DNA of 64,000 nucleotides from a bacterium (GTDB lineage Bacteria; SAR324; XYD2-FULL-50-16): NCBI GenBank assembly GCA_032250835.1, contig JAVVEA010000011.1, positions 18,211 to 82,210 of the forward strand, read 5' to 3'. Shown piece by piece: positions 10,245 to 18,670 of this stretch (position 1 is its first letter; each line of letters starts with the position of its first letter). The notes under the pieces were generated by a model. It saw only the letters and a program-made list of their open reading frames with translations, ran no database searches and was not told where the DNA came from. The position numbers and the translations under genes were made by a program.

Positions 10245-10289
10245 AAAAAAAACGCCCCGGCCTCGGTTACACCCGAGGGGCGGGGCGTT
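10245..10289 (-). terminator. Rho-independent terminator of the 25-codon ORF
   Basis: Minus strand reads AACGCCCCG-cc-CCTCGG-gtgtaa-CCGAGG-c-CGGGGCGTT-TTTTTT: a long GC stem followed by a U run. Confidence 0.85.
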
Positions 10290-10311
10290 GGGCCTTGCTG
10301 GGCGACTTGGC

Positions 10312-10389
10312 TTAGCTGCGGAAATACAGGTTGAAGTAAAGACTGCCCATCAACAGCGCCATCACGATGAATACTCCTAGGGTGGACAT
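10312..10389 (-). CDS. Small hydrophobic protein, 25 aa (MSTLGVFIVMALLMGSLYFNLYFRS), below the ORF-track cutoff
   Basis: GAGGAGGT Shine-Dalgarno 4 nt before the ATG at 10389, TAA at 10312-10314, one hydrophobic helix, own promoter candidate and strong terminator. Confidence 0.72.
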   Translation of the reverse strand: MSTLGVFIVMALLMGSLYFNLYFRS

Positions 10390-10469
10390 GAGTACCTCCT
10401 CACGCAGGTGGGCGTCGGCGCTTTTGGTTCCGGCACCAGGAAGGGGTATAGCGCCCACTTCCCAAGTAT

Positions 10470-10478
10470 ATTGTACCA
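10470..10478 (-). promoter_or_regulatory. Extended -10 promoter candidate for the 25-aa ORF
   Basis: Minus strand TG-G-TACAAT, about 80 nt upstream of the ATG. Confidence 0.5.
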
Positions 10479-10616
10479 AAAAAGGGGCTGTAGGCGGGTT
10501 AAACTTTGTTCATCAAAAAGATGCCTGCCGACCCAGGGGGGCTGGGTCGGCAGGTTGAGGAGGCAGGGCAGGCTGCCTGGGAGCGCAAGCAGTTCTTTCC
10601 TGGGAACGCCTCCTGT

Positions 10617-11087
10617 TTACTCTCGGCTCAAGTGCTGTTGATAATTTTCTAAACCCATTTTTTCAACCAAATCTTGCTGGGTTTCAAGCCAGTCGATTTG
10701 TGATTCGATAGACTCCAGCACCTGCTCCAGCAATTCACGCGACACAAAATCGGCGTTGGCCTCTAATAGAGCAATGTTCTTGACCAAGAGACTCCGCTCC
10801 TCTTGGCATATCTGAAGATCACCCTGAAGGATTTCTTCGACTTGCTCCCCAATATGCAAGCTACCTAAGTTCTGCAAATTCGGTAGGCCCTCTAAAAAAA
10901 GGACCCGTTCGATCAAGCGGTCGGCCCGTTTCATGGAGGCAATCGAAAAGTGGTACTCCTTTTCGTTTAACGCCTTTAACCCCCAATTTTTTGCGATGCG
11001 GGCGTGCAAAAAAGTTTGGTTGATCATCACTAATTCGCGCGCCAAGACCGCATTGAGCAGATGGATATTCTGGTCGGGACTTTTCAT
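10617..11087 (-). CDS. bfr: Bacterioferritin, heme-binding subunit with a degenerate ferroxidase centre
   Basis: Aligns by eye to E. coli Bfr. Met52 is kept; the ligands read E51>S, H54>R, E94>C, and ..EEGH..>..IESQ.. Confidence 0.88.
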   Translation of the reverse strand: MKSPDQNIHLLNAVLARELVMINQTFLHARIAKNWGLKALNEKEYHFSIASMKRADRLIERVLFLEGLPNLQNLGSLHIGEQVEEILQGDLQICQEERSLLVKNIALLEANADFVSRELLEQVLESIESQIDWLETQQDLVEKMGLENYQQHLSRE

Positions 11088-11563
11088 GCGGCACCCCCGG
11101 CATTAGATTGCAGATAGTTGGCCAAGCCCATCCGTTCGATCAAGCCTATTTGTTGTTCTAGCCAATAGACATGATCCTCTTCGCTTTCTTGCAAAAGCGA
11201 TTCAAGCAGTTCTCGGCTGGCGTAATCTTGCGCCGATTCCGCAAAGGCGATGGCTTCACGCAGCTCGGCCACACCTGCTAGCTCATAGCTCAGGTCCGCC
11301 TGCAACATGCTGGGCACATCCGTACCCACTTCATATTCCTTACGTGCCGTTAAGACCGGTTGGCCCTCTAAAAAGAGTATCCGCTCAATTAGCTTGGATG
11401 CGTGCAAGCGTTCGTGCTCCATTTCATGGTTGAGCCGCTCGTGCAAACGGCTTAGCCCCCAATCTTCAAACATTCGCGACTGGATGAAATAGATGTCTAT
11501 GGCAGCCAAGTCTGTGCCAAGACAGCGGTTTAGCCAACCGATCATTTCTTTGTTACCTTTCAT
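11084..11563 (-). CDS. bfr: Bacterioferritin, ferroxidase subunit lacking the heme Met (BfrA/FtnA type)
   Basis: E51, H54, E94 and SEEDHVYWLE are retained; position 52 is Arg and position 18 is Asp. Confidence 0.9.
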   Translation of the reverse strand: MKGNKEMIGWLNRCLGTDLAAIDIYFIQSRMFEDWGLSRLHERLNHEMEHERLHASKLIERILFLEGQPVLTARKEYEVGTDVPSMLQADLSYELAGVAELREAIAFAESAQDYASRELLESLLQESEEDHVYWLEQQIGLIERMGLANYLQSNAGGAA

Positions 11564-11609
11564 TGGGCCCTTGGGTCTTAATGGTTAAGAATTCCCTTTA
11601 GGATAGAGC

Positions 11610-11798
11610 CTAACCAGAGGTTGGGTCAACTTTAGTGCCCACTGATTTGTGGCAACCAGTCCCCTTGCCGCAGCTACAACGCCCGCAGATCGATCCGCCG
11701 CCCAATTGGCGCAACGCCGCATCGGGATCGAGTTGTTGTTCCTGGACCAAGCGGTTGACTTGTTTGCTCGAAATAGACTTACAAGAGCACAGGATCAT
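11610..11798 (-). CDS. bfd: Bacterioferritin-associated ferredoxin (Bfd-like [2Fe-2S])
   Basis: MILCSC...CGRC pattern, 62 aa, immediately upstream of the bfr pair. Confidence 0.8.
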   Translation of the reverse strand: MILCSCKSISSKQVNRLVQEQQLDPDAALRQLGGGSICGRCSCGKGTGCHKSVGTKVDPTSG

Positions 11799-11845
11799 GG
11801 GGCCTCCAAGTTCTTAGGTAGCTTCTTATCTGCTTCGTGTATACG

Positions 11846-11874
11846 AATTTATAAGATTCGCAAAAGCATGTCAA
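11846..11874 (-). promoter_or_regulatory. Putative sigma70 promoter of bfd-bfr-bfr
   Basis: Minus strand TTGACA (11874-11869), 17-bp spacer, TAAATT (11851-11846), in an AT-rich patch. Confidence 0.6.
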
Positions 11875-11945
11875 CCTATTTGGCAAACTATTATTTTATG
11901 CGGAGATCAGAAAAGGGGCTCAATGCAGGTCCCTTGTTGGAACGC

Positions 11946-13016
11946 TCAATACCACTTAAAGACCTTCAGGCCCAAGGCGTAGCAGACTAGGCCCAGCAGG
12001 GCTAACCAGCCCATGGAGCTAGCCATGTCGGCCAAACCGGCCCCTTCGTGGATCACTTCGCGCAGGCCGTCGGCCAAGAGCGACAGGGGCAGGTGGGAGA
12101 GGTAGGGCCAGGACCACTGGGGGAAGTTGTGGTAAGAGAAGAAAATGCCCGAAAGGACCATCATTGGCAGGGTGGTCACGTTGACCAAGCCGCCGCCCAC
12201 GGTGGTGTTGGCGGTACGGCTGGCCATCAAGACCGCCATGCCCGAAAAGGCAAAATTGCCTGCTAAGATCAACCCAAAGAGAGCCAAAAGCCCTCCTTGC
12301 AGGCTCATCCCGAAATAGGCCCAGGCGAAGCCGTAAAGCACCGCCGACTCGATACTGGAGATGATCAGGCGGTTAAGAAAGTAAGCAGCCAACAGCACCG
12401 GCTTGGGCATCGGGGTCGCCACCATGCGCCGCAGCAGCTTCTTCATGCGCATTTCGATCAGCGTCCAACCGATCCCCCAGATACAGCTGTTCATGATCCC
12501 CAAAGCCATCAAGCCAGGGACTAGGAAGTCGATGTAGCGCCCGCCGCGGGTGGTGATCTTTTCGACTTGGTGGGGCCTTAATTGGGGCGCGTCAAAGGCG
12601 GCCTGCAAGAGCAGATAGCCCACCTGGGCTTCTTGGTTGTTGGGGTCGAAGCGGTACTTGAGGCCGATCCCCTCACCGGGGCCGACCAGCAAGTCCACCT
12701 TGCCGTGCAAGAGCCAAGTGGTCGCTTCGGCTTCGTTCAAGCGGCTCAAGCGCAAATGTTCGGTGGTGGGCCCCGGTGCTTCGATCACCCACACCTCGCC
12801 GTCCATATGTGCCCGCCCCTCGGCCACCAAGGCGGTCAAGGCCGCCGGATCGCCGACCCAGCCGATCCCCCGGCTGCGTTCTTTTTCACCCGAAAAGGCA
12901 ATGCCCAAGACCCAAGCCATCAAGATCGGGAACCCAAAGACCCAAAACAAGACGCCCGGCTCACGGTAAAAGGTCTTGAGCTGGCAGGACATCAAATTCC
13001 ACAGCATTTTAGCCAT
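11946..13016 (-). CDS. ABC-2 type exporter permease
   Basis: N-terminal TM, periplasmic loop, YIDFLVPGLMALGIM, multiple C-terminal TMs. Confidence 0.88.
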   Translation of the reverse strand: MAKMLWNLMSCQLKTFYREPGVLFWVFGFPILMAWVLGIAFSGEKERSRGIGWVGDPAALTALVAEGRAHMDGEVWVIEAPGPTTEHLRLSRLNEAEATTWLLHGKVDLLVGPGEGIGLKYRFDPNNQEAQVGYLLLQAAFDAPQLRPHQVEKITTRGGRYIDFLVPGLMALGIMNSCIWGIGWTLIEMRMKKLLRRMVATPMPKPVLLAAYFLNRLIISSIESAVLYGFAWAYFGMSLQGGLLALFGLILAGNFAFSGMAVLMASRTANTTVGGGLVNVTTLPMMVLSGIFFSYHNFPQWSWPYLSHLPLSLLADGLREVIHEGAGLADMASSMGWLALLGLVCYALGLKVFKWY

Positions 13017-13941
13017 CTTGTAGGGCCCTCCCGGTCATAGAAACAAAGAGGTCGTCAAGGGTCATGCGGCGCGACTGTAATTCCTTTAAGATATGTCCCT
13101 TGTCTTCGATCCAGTTTAAAAACACCGGCAGTGATTCAATCACGCTTTCGACCCGCACTCGGCCCCGCTTGCCGCCGGGCTCCAATTCAATTTCCAGGCG
13201 GGCCAGTTCGGGCGGCAGGCTAGTCGGGTCCAGCGGCGCTTCCAACTCAAAATGGATCACCTCGGTCAGACCTAAGGTGCTGATCAGTTCGCTTAAGGAG
13301 CCATCGGCCAAGAAGCGGCCTTGGTCCATAAAAACAATCCGGTCGCAGAGCGTTTCGGCTTCTTCCATGTAGTGGGTGGTCAAGATCAGGGTGGTCCCTT
13401 GGCCTTTGACCTGTTTGAGCACTTCCCAAAGATCGCGGCGGCTGTTGGGGTCTAGGCCGGTGGTGGGCTCGTCGAGCATTAAGATTTCGGGCCGGTTCAA
13501 GAGCGCGACACCCAGGGCCAAGCGTTGCCGCTGACCGCCCGAGAGGTTGACCGTATAGGTGCTTCGCTTGGTGCTTAGGCGGATCATCTCCAAGACCTCG
13601 TCTAGCCTCGATTCAGACTGGCTGTAGAGGCTCAAGAAGAGCTTGAGTGTTTCGACTACGGTGAGCTTATCAAAGAAGCGGGTTTCCTGAAAACTCAGAC
13701 CAATGCGGCCCTGCAACTCACGCCGCCCCTGGGCCCAGGTCTTCCCAAAAAGGCGGATTTCGCCTTGGTCAGGAACTTGGACCCCTTCGAGCATTTCTAC
13801 CAGCGTGGTCTTGCCCGCGCCGTTGGGGCCTAAGAGGCCCACATATTCACCGGCTTTTATGCTTAAATTAAGGTCCTGGCAGGCGAAGGTTTTGCCAAAG
13901 GATTTAGTTACCCCTTGGATTTCGATGACCGGAGCGCTCAT
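13009..13941 (-). CDS. ABC exporter ATP-binding protein
   Basis: GPNGAGKTT, LSGGQRQR, LDEPTTGLD, LTTHYMEEA. Confidence 0.93.
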   Translation of the reverse strand: MSAPVIEIQGVTKSFGKTFACQDLNLSIKAGEYVGLLGPNGAGKTTLVEMLEGVQVPDQGEIRLFGKTWAQGRRELQGRIGLSFQETRFFDKLTVVETLKLFLSLYSQSESRLDEVLEMIRLSTKRSTYTVNLSGGQRQRLALGVALLNRPEILMLDEPTTGLDPNSRRDLWEVLKQVKGQGTTLILTTHYMEEAETLCDRIVFMDQGRFLADGSLSELISTLGLTEVIHFELEAPLDPTSLPPELARLEIELEPGGKRGRVRVESVIESLPVFLNWIEDKGHILKELQSRRMTLDDLFVSMTGRALQDG

Positions 13942-14711
13942 TGGGGCTCGTCGCGCAAGAAGACGGGGGCCAAAGGCTTGCTGCGGACCGGATCAAAACG
14001 GTAGCCCTTTAAATTAAAATCCTTTAGTCCTTCGGGCCGGTCTACCGATTGTTCCGTAACAAAGCGGCACATCAGGCCCCGGGCCTTTTTGGCAAAGAAA
14101 CTGATCATTTTATATTCCCCATTTTTCAAATCCCTAAACTGAGGTGTGATCACCTCGGCGTCTAGTTCTTTGGGCTTAAGGGCCTTATAATACTCGTTGC
14201 TCGCCAGATTCACCAGCGTCTGCTGCCCCGACTCGGCCAAATCTTGGGCCAATAGTTCGGTCAGGCGACTGCCCCAAAAGCCATAGAGATCCTTGCCCCG
14301 GCTGTTGGGCAGCTTAGTGCCCATCTCCAATCGGTAAGGCAAGATGCGGTCAAAAGGGCGCAGCAGGCCGTAGAGTCCCGAAAGGATGCGCAAATTCTGG
14401 CCCAGGGAATTTAAGCTTTTTGGCCTTAAGCTGGCGGCGTCTAAGCCCTGATAGACGTCACCATTAAAGGCGAAGACCGCCGGGCGAGCGGACTCCGGCA
14501 GCGGCAAAGTGAAGTCCTGAAAACGCTGGTAGTTTAGCTCCGCCAACTGGTCTGACAAACCCATCAACTGGCCCACCTGAGTGGGGTCTAAGCCTTTAAG
14601 CTGGCTGATCAACAGTTGGGTCTGGTCGAGCAGGCGAGGCTCAGTGGCTGCCACTGGGGGGGGCTTGGAGGTGAAATCCAAGTTTTTTGCCGGAGAAATG
14701 ACCATCAACAT
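13938..14711 (-). CDS. yaaA: Peroxide stress protein YaaA (DUF328)
   Basis: ISPAK, PAVFAFNGDVYQGL, LSGLYGLLRP.D.I.PYRLEMG, SFFAKKARG. Confidence 0.93.
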   Translation of the reverse strand: MLMVISPAKNLDFTSKPPPVAATEPRLLDQTQLLISQLKGLDPTQVGQLMGLSDQLAELNYQRFQDFTLPLPESARPAVFAFNGDVYQGLDAASLRPKSLNSLGQNLRILSGLYGLLRPFDRILPYRLEMGTKLPNSRGKDLYGFWGSRLTELLAQDLAESGQQTLVNLASNEYYKALKPKELDAEVITPQFRDLKNGEYKMISFFAKKARGLMCRFVTEQSVDRPEGLKDFNLKGYRFDPVRSKPLAPVFLRDEPQ

Positions 14712-14781
14712 CGTTAACTTTTCCTGCCATTATTTTTAGGGTTCAACCCTGTCATAGCTCGCCTTAATGAGCTTGGGCAAG

Positions 14782-14803
14782 GCCCCAACCAGTGGGTTGG
14801 GGC
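14782..14803. repeat. Perfect 9-bp inverted repeat between the divergent yaaA and nadA genes
   Basis: GCCCCAACC-agtg-GGTTGGGGC. The flanking A-run is on the wrong side for a terminator. Confidence 0.5.
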
Positions 14804-14814
14804 AAAAACCCCGC

Positions 14815-14843
14815 TAGGCAAAGCGCCTCTCGGCGTATATAAT
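14815..14843 (+). promoter_or_regulatory. Putative sigma70 promoter of nadABC
   Basis: TAGGCA (14815-14820), 17-bp spacer, TATAAT (14838-14843). Confidence 0.55.
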
Positions 14844-14901
14844 TTGTGCTATATTTGGCAGGGTCGGTTTACATTCCGTCCCCAAAGGGATAAGTCCATA
14901 A

Positions 14902-16083
14902 ATGGTTGGACGCTTCCGAAACTTCTCGCTACCGCTTCTGGGCAACGTGATCGACAACCTATTCCCAGTGGGTCCGCAAGAAAACGACAGTTTTCTCTTT
15001 GCGAACATCCCCACCCATTATTACCAGACGCCTATCAAGGACCTCCTTGAGCGGGGTCGCCAGATCAAACAGCAGATGGGTGAGGATCTCCTCATCTTGG
15101 CGCACCACTACCAGCAAGACGACACCTTTGCCCTCGCTGACCACAGCGGGGATTCGCTCTATTTGGCCCAGCAGGCCGCCAAAGCGAAAGCGAAGTACAT
15201 CGTCTTTTGTGGGGTGCATTTCATGGTCGAGTCTTCGGACATCCTGACCCCGGACCACCAAATCAGCATCCTGCCCAACCTGACCGCCGGTTGCTCGATG
15301 GCCGACATGGCCGACCACGACGCGGTCGAAGAAGCCATGGACATTGCTGAAGAAGTTACCGGGGCGAAGATCATCCCGGTCACCTACATCAACAGCACCG
15401 CCGCCATCAAGGCCCTGACCGCCGAACGCGGCGGCTCGGTCTGTACCAGCAGCAATTCGCGCAAAATCCTTGAGTGGGCATTGAGTCAAGGGGACAAGGT
15501 CTTCTTTTTCCCCGACCAGTTCCTTGGGGCCAATACGGCCATCGACATGGGCATCCCTAAAGACGAAATCCTGCTTTGGGACCGCCAAAAGCATGACGGC
15601 GGGGTTACTGCCGAGCAACTCAAGCGCGCCAAAATCATCCTTTGGGATGGATTTTGTTCGGTACACCAACGCTTTACGCCTGCCCACGTGGCCGCTGTGC
15701 GCCAACGCATTCCTGGGGTGCAGGTGATGGTTCACCCCGAATGTCCGGTGAACACCGTCGAAGCCGCCGATTTCTCGGGCAGCACCAGCCAGATTTTGAA
15801 TAAAGTCAGCGCCGCCAAGCCGGGCAGCAAATGGGCCATTGGCACCGAGATCAACATGGTCAACCGGATGGCGCGGGACTTGAAGAAAAAAGGGATTTAC
15901 GTGGAGGTCTTAAACCCCACGGTCTGTATTTGTTCGACTATGTACCGCAACCACCCGGCTCATGTCCTCTGGGTGCTCGACCATCTGGTCAAAGGCGAGG
16001 TGATCCACCAGATTTCCGTGCCTGAGCCCACCAAAACCCTGGCCCGCAAAGCCTTGGACAAAATGCTGGAGCTGAGCAAGTAA
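14902..16083 (+). CDS. nadA: Quinolinate synthase A
   Basis: AHHYQ, FCGVHFM, AGCSMADMA, YINS, GFCSVHQRF, HPEC, GTE, ICSTM (three Fe-S Cys). Confidence 0.95.
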   Translation: MVGRFRNFSLPLLGNVIDNLFPVGPQENDSFLFANIPTHYYQTPIKDLLERGRQIKQQMGEDLLILAHHYQQDDTFALADHSGDSLYLAQQAAKAKAKYIVFCGVHFMVESSDILTPDHQISILPNLTAGCSMADMADHDAVEEAMDIAEEVTGAKIIPVTYINSTAAIKALTAERGGSVCTSSNSRKILEWALSQGDKVFFFPDQFLGANTAIDMGIPKDEILLWDRQKHDGGVTAEQLKRAKIILWDGFCSVHQRFTPAHVAAVRQRIPGVQVMVHPECPVNTVEAADFSGSTSQILNKVSAAKPGSKWAIGTEINMVNRMARDLKKKGIYVEVLNPTVCICSTMYRNHPAHVLWVLDHLVKGEVIHQISVPEPTKTLARKALDKMLELSK

Positions 16084-16084
16084 C

Positions 16085-17647
16085 ATGACGCTTCCCCACT
16101 TTCAAGCCCCCCTTGCGGTCTTCGGGACCGGCATCGGGGGGCTGATGACGGCACGCTTGGCCGCAGAACAGGGTCCGGTAGTGCTGTTTACCAAATCGCT
16201 CTTGAGCGAAACCAACACCAGTCTGGCTCAAGGTGGGATTGCAGCTGTTTGGCGGAGCGACGACCGGGCGGACCTACATGTTCAAGACACCCTGCGTACC
16301 GGCGGAGGTATTGCCGACCAAGCGGCGGTCGAGGTGCTCTGCACCAACGGCCCCCTGGCGGTGCAAAAGCTGATCGAGTTGGGCGTTTGTTTTGACCGCG
16401 CCACGGACGGCACCTACCGCTTAGCTTTAGAAGGGGCCCATTCGATACCGCGCATCTTGCACGCAGGGGGCGACGCCACGGGGGCGGAGGTCCAGCGCGC
16501 TTTAAGTGAATCGGTCTTAAACCACCCGAACATCGAAATCTTTGAGCAGTCCTCTCTGACGCGCATCTTGACCGAAGAGGGACGCATTAGCGGCGTGGAA
16601 TATTTGCAGAAAGGCGTTATCCGCACTCTGGTAACGCCCCATGTGGTTTTGGCTACCGGCGGGGCCGGACAGATTTACCAATACACCTCCAACAAGCCCA
16701 CCGCCACCGGGGAACCCTTGGTGATGGCTTATTTGGCCGGGGGGCAGTTGGTGGATGTCGAATTCTTCCAGTTCCATCCCACCGCCCTATGCCTGCCCGA
16801 CACCCCTAATTTCTTAATCAGCGAAGCGGTACGCGGCGAAGGGGCTAAATTGGTCAACCGTGAGGGCCATGCCTTTATGGCCGAGTATGACCCCCGTCTG
16901 GAACTAGCGAGCCGCGACATCGTCAGCCGCGCCATCCGCGATCAGATCGAAAAAACCGGCGCCGTCTTTTTAGACGCCACCAAGCTAAAGTCCGAGTCCA
17001 TCGACCAGCGCTTCCCCAACATCTTCCACACCTGCTTAGGCTACGGCGTGGACGCCCGAAAGGAAGGGATTCCGGTCACACCGGTGGCCCATTATATGAT
17101 GGGCGGTTTGGCCACAGACCTCTGGGGCCGTACCCATGTACCGGGCCTGTACGCCGTCGGCGAAGTGACCCGAACGGGAGTGCATGGTTCTTCGCGCTTG
17201 GCCAGCAACAGCCTTCTAGAAGGGGCCGTTTGGGGCATGCGCGCCGCCCAAAAGATTTCCGAAGACCGCGTGCAACAACCACCCCTTTGGAAAGCCCCGC
17301 CGGTCTGCGTTCCCGCAAAAATACCGCAGGTTCACCAGACCGAGCCGATGGACAAAAACCAACTGCGCGCCTTGATGTGGGAAAATGCCGGATTGGTGCG
17401 TAGCCGCGAACGACTCGGTGCCTTGATCACCCGCCTAGAAGCCAGCTTAGGGGCGCAGCCAGACCCCTTTGATCAAGAGGCTTACGAACTGTACCACATG
17501 ATCATCTATGGGCGCATGTTGGCCCAAGCGGCATTGATGCGCGAAGAATCTCGAGGAAGCCATTACCGGGCCGACTTCCCCGAAAAACGCAGCGAAATGG
17601 CCCATTCGATAGCCCATTGCGCCCAGCAGGGTGCAAAATTCATCTGA
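16085..17647 (+). CDS. nadB: L-aspartate oxidase
   Basis: AQGGIAA, EGAHSIPRILH, QFHPT, SEAVRGEG, AHYMMGG, HGSSRLASNSLLEG, REESRGSHYR. Confidence 0.93.
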   Translation: MTLPHFQAPLAVFGTGIGGLMTARLAAEQGPVVLFTKSLLSETNTSLAQGGIAAVWRSDDRADLHVQDTLRTGGGIADQAAVEVLCTNGPLAVQKLIELGVCFDRATDGTYRLALEGAHSIPRILHAGGDATGAEVQRALSESVLNHPNIEIFEQSSLTRILTEEGRISGVEYLQKGVIRTLVTPHVVLATGGAGQIYQYTSNKPTATGEPLVMAYLAGGQLVDVEFFQFHPTALCLPDTPNFLISEAVRGEGAKLVNREGHAFMAEYDPRLELASRDIVSRAIRDQIEKTGAVFLDATKLKSESIDQRFPNIFHTCLGYGVDARKEGIPVTPVAHYMMGGLATDLWGRTHVPGLYAVGEVTRTGVHGSSRLASNSLLEGAVWGMRAAQKISEDRVQQPPLWKAPPVCVPAKIPQVHQTEPMDKNQLRALMWENAGLVRSRERLGALITRLEASLGAQPDPFDQEAYELYHMIIYGRMLAQAALMREESRGSHYRADFPEKRSEMAHSIAHCAQQGAKFI

Positions 17648-18521
17648 TCACCTAGCTAAATTTAAAGCATCCATGGAATTTAGACTGATCCAACCGTTGA
17701 TCGATACGGCCTTAAGCGAAGACCTAACCTACGGCGACGCCACTGCCAGCGGCATTTTGGGGCCTGACATCCGGTGCAGCCTCAATCTAGTCCAACGACG
17801 CGACGGAGTGGTCGCCGGTCTTCCGGTGGCCCAGATGGTTTTTGAGGCCTTAGACCCGGAGGTGGAGTTTAAGATGCTGGTGCAAGACGGGGACTATGTT
17901 AACGCAGGAACCCAACTGGCTTCGATCCGGGGCCGAGCGGTGAAGATGGTAATGGCCGAACGGACGGCGCTGAACTTTATGATGCGCTTGGGCGGCATCG
18001 CTAGCATGACCCATCAGTTGGTCGCTGAGGCCCGCAAAGTCAACGACCGAGTCCGCATCACCGACACCCGCAAAACCACGCCGGGTTTACGGGCTTTGGA
18101 AAAATATGCCGTACGCCTGGGCGGCGGTCACAACCACCGCTTCTGTTTGGCCGATATGGCCATGCTCAAGGACAACCATTTGGCCCTTTTAGGCAAAGCC
18201 CGTATTTCCCTTAAAGACGCCGTAGAACGCATCCGCCAGCACAACCACCATGGCATTAAAATAGAGATCGAGGTGGACCGCTTAGACCAAATCGACGAGG
18301 TCATCGCCTCGGGAGCCGACGCCATTCTACTCGACAACATGACGCCTGAACAACTGCGCCAAGCGGTCCAGCATATTCAAGGGAAGTTGGTGGTCGAGGC
18401 TAGCGGCGGGGTAACGCTTGAGATGGTGCGGCCTATCGCAGAAACGGGGGTGGACCTGATTTCTGTAGGGTCCTTGACCCATTCGCCCCGCTCGATGGAC
18501 ATCGGCCTGGATTACTTCTAA
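17631..18521 (+). CDS. nadC: Nicotinate-nucleotide pyrophosphorylase (carboxylating)
   Basis: ERTALN, TDTRKTTPG, NHRF.L.D..MLKDNH, EIEV, ILLDNM, EASGG. The true start may be the ATG at 17673. Confidence 0.95.
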   Translation: MQNSSDHLAKFKASMEFRLIQPLIDTALSEDLTYGDATASGILGPDIRCSLNLVQRRDGVVAGLPVAQMVFEALDPEVEFKMLVQDGDYVNAGTQLASIRGRAVKMVMAERTALNFMMRLGGIASMTHQLVAEARKVNDRVRITDTRKTTPGLRALEKYAVRLGGGHNHRFCLADMAMLKDNHLALLGKARISLKDAVERIRQHNHHGIKIEIEVDRLDQIDEVIASGADAILLDNMTPEQLRQAVQHIQGKLVVEASGGVTLEMVRPIAETGVDLISVGSLTHSPRSMDIGLDYF

Positions 18522-18670
18522 ATCCCTCTCTAAATTTTCGCCCGACCTCTAGGTTTTGGGCCGATTCTTGTATTCCTAATAGGCTAATCAGCGCTGCTGC
18601 AGTATCCGCTGCGGCGACGCCCAAAAGAAGACCCCTGGCCCAGCCAGGCAACCATTTCCGCAAGCAGACG

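Noticed and set aside
1-11798. Magnetosome island suggested by feoAB, hemerythrin and the two-subunit Bfr
   Set aside because: No mam/mms/mad-like ORF is present, and these genes are common in non-magnetotactic bacteria.
11846-11900. Fur or IscR box at the bfd promoter
   Set aside because: It is AT-rich with only a weak imperfect dyad, and matches to known consensus boxes are too poor to call.
14959-15735. Long antisense ORFs in the track (also 18433-19203, 20671-21372, 22499-23179, 28054-28776, 35477-36013 and many shorter ones)
   Set aside because: They are shadow or alternate frames of well-supported genes, with no motifs or RBS.
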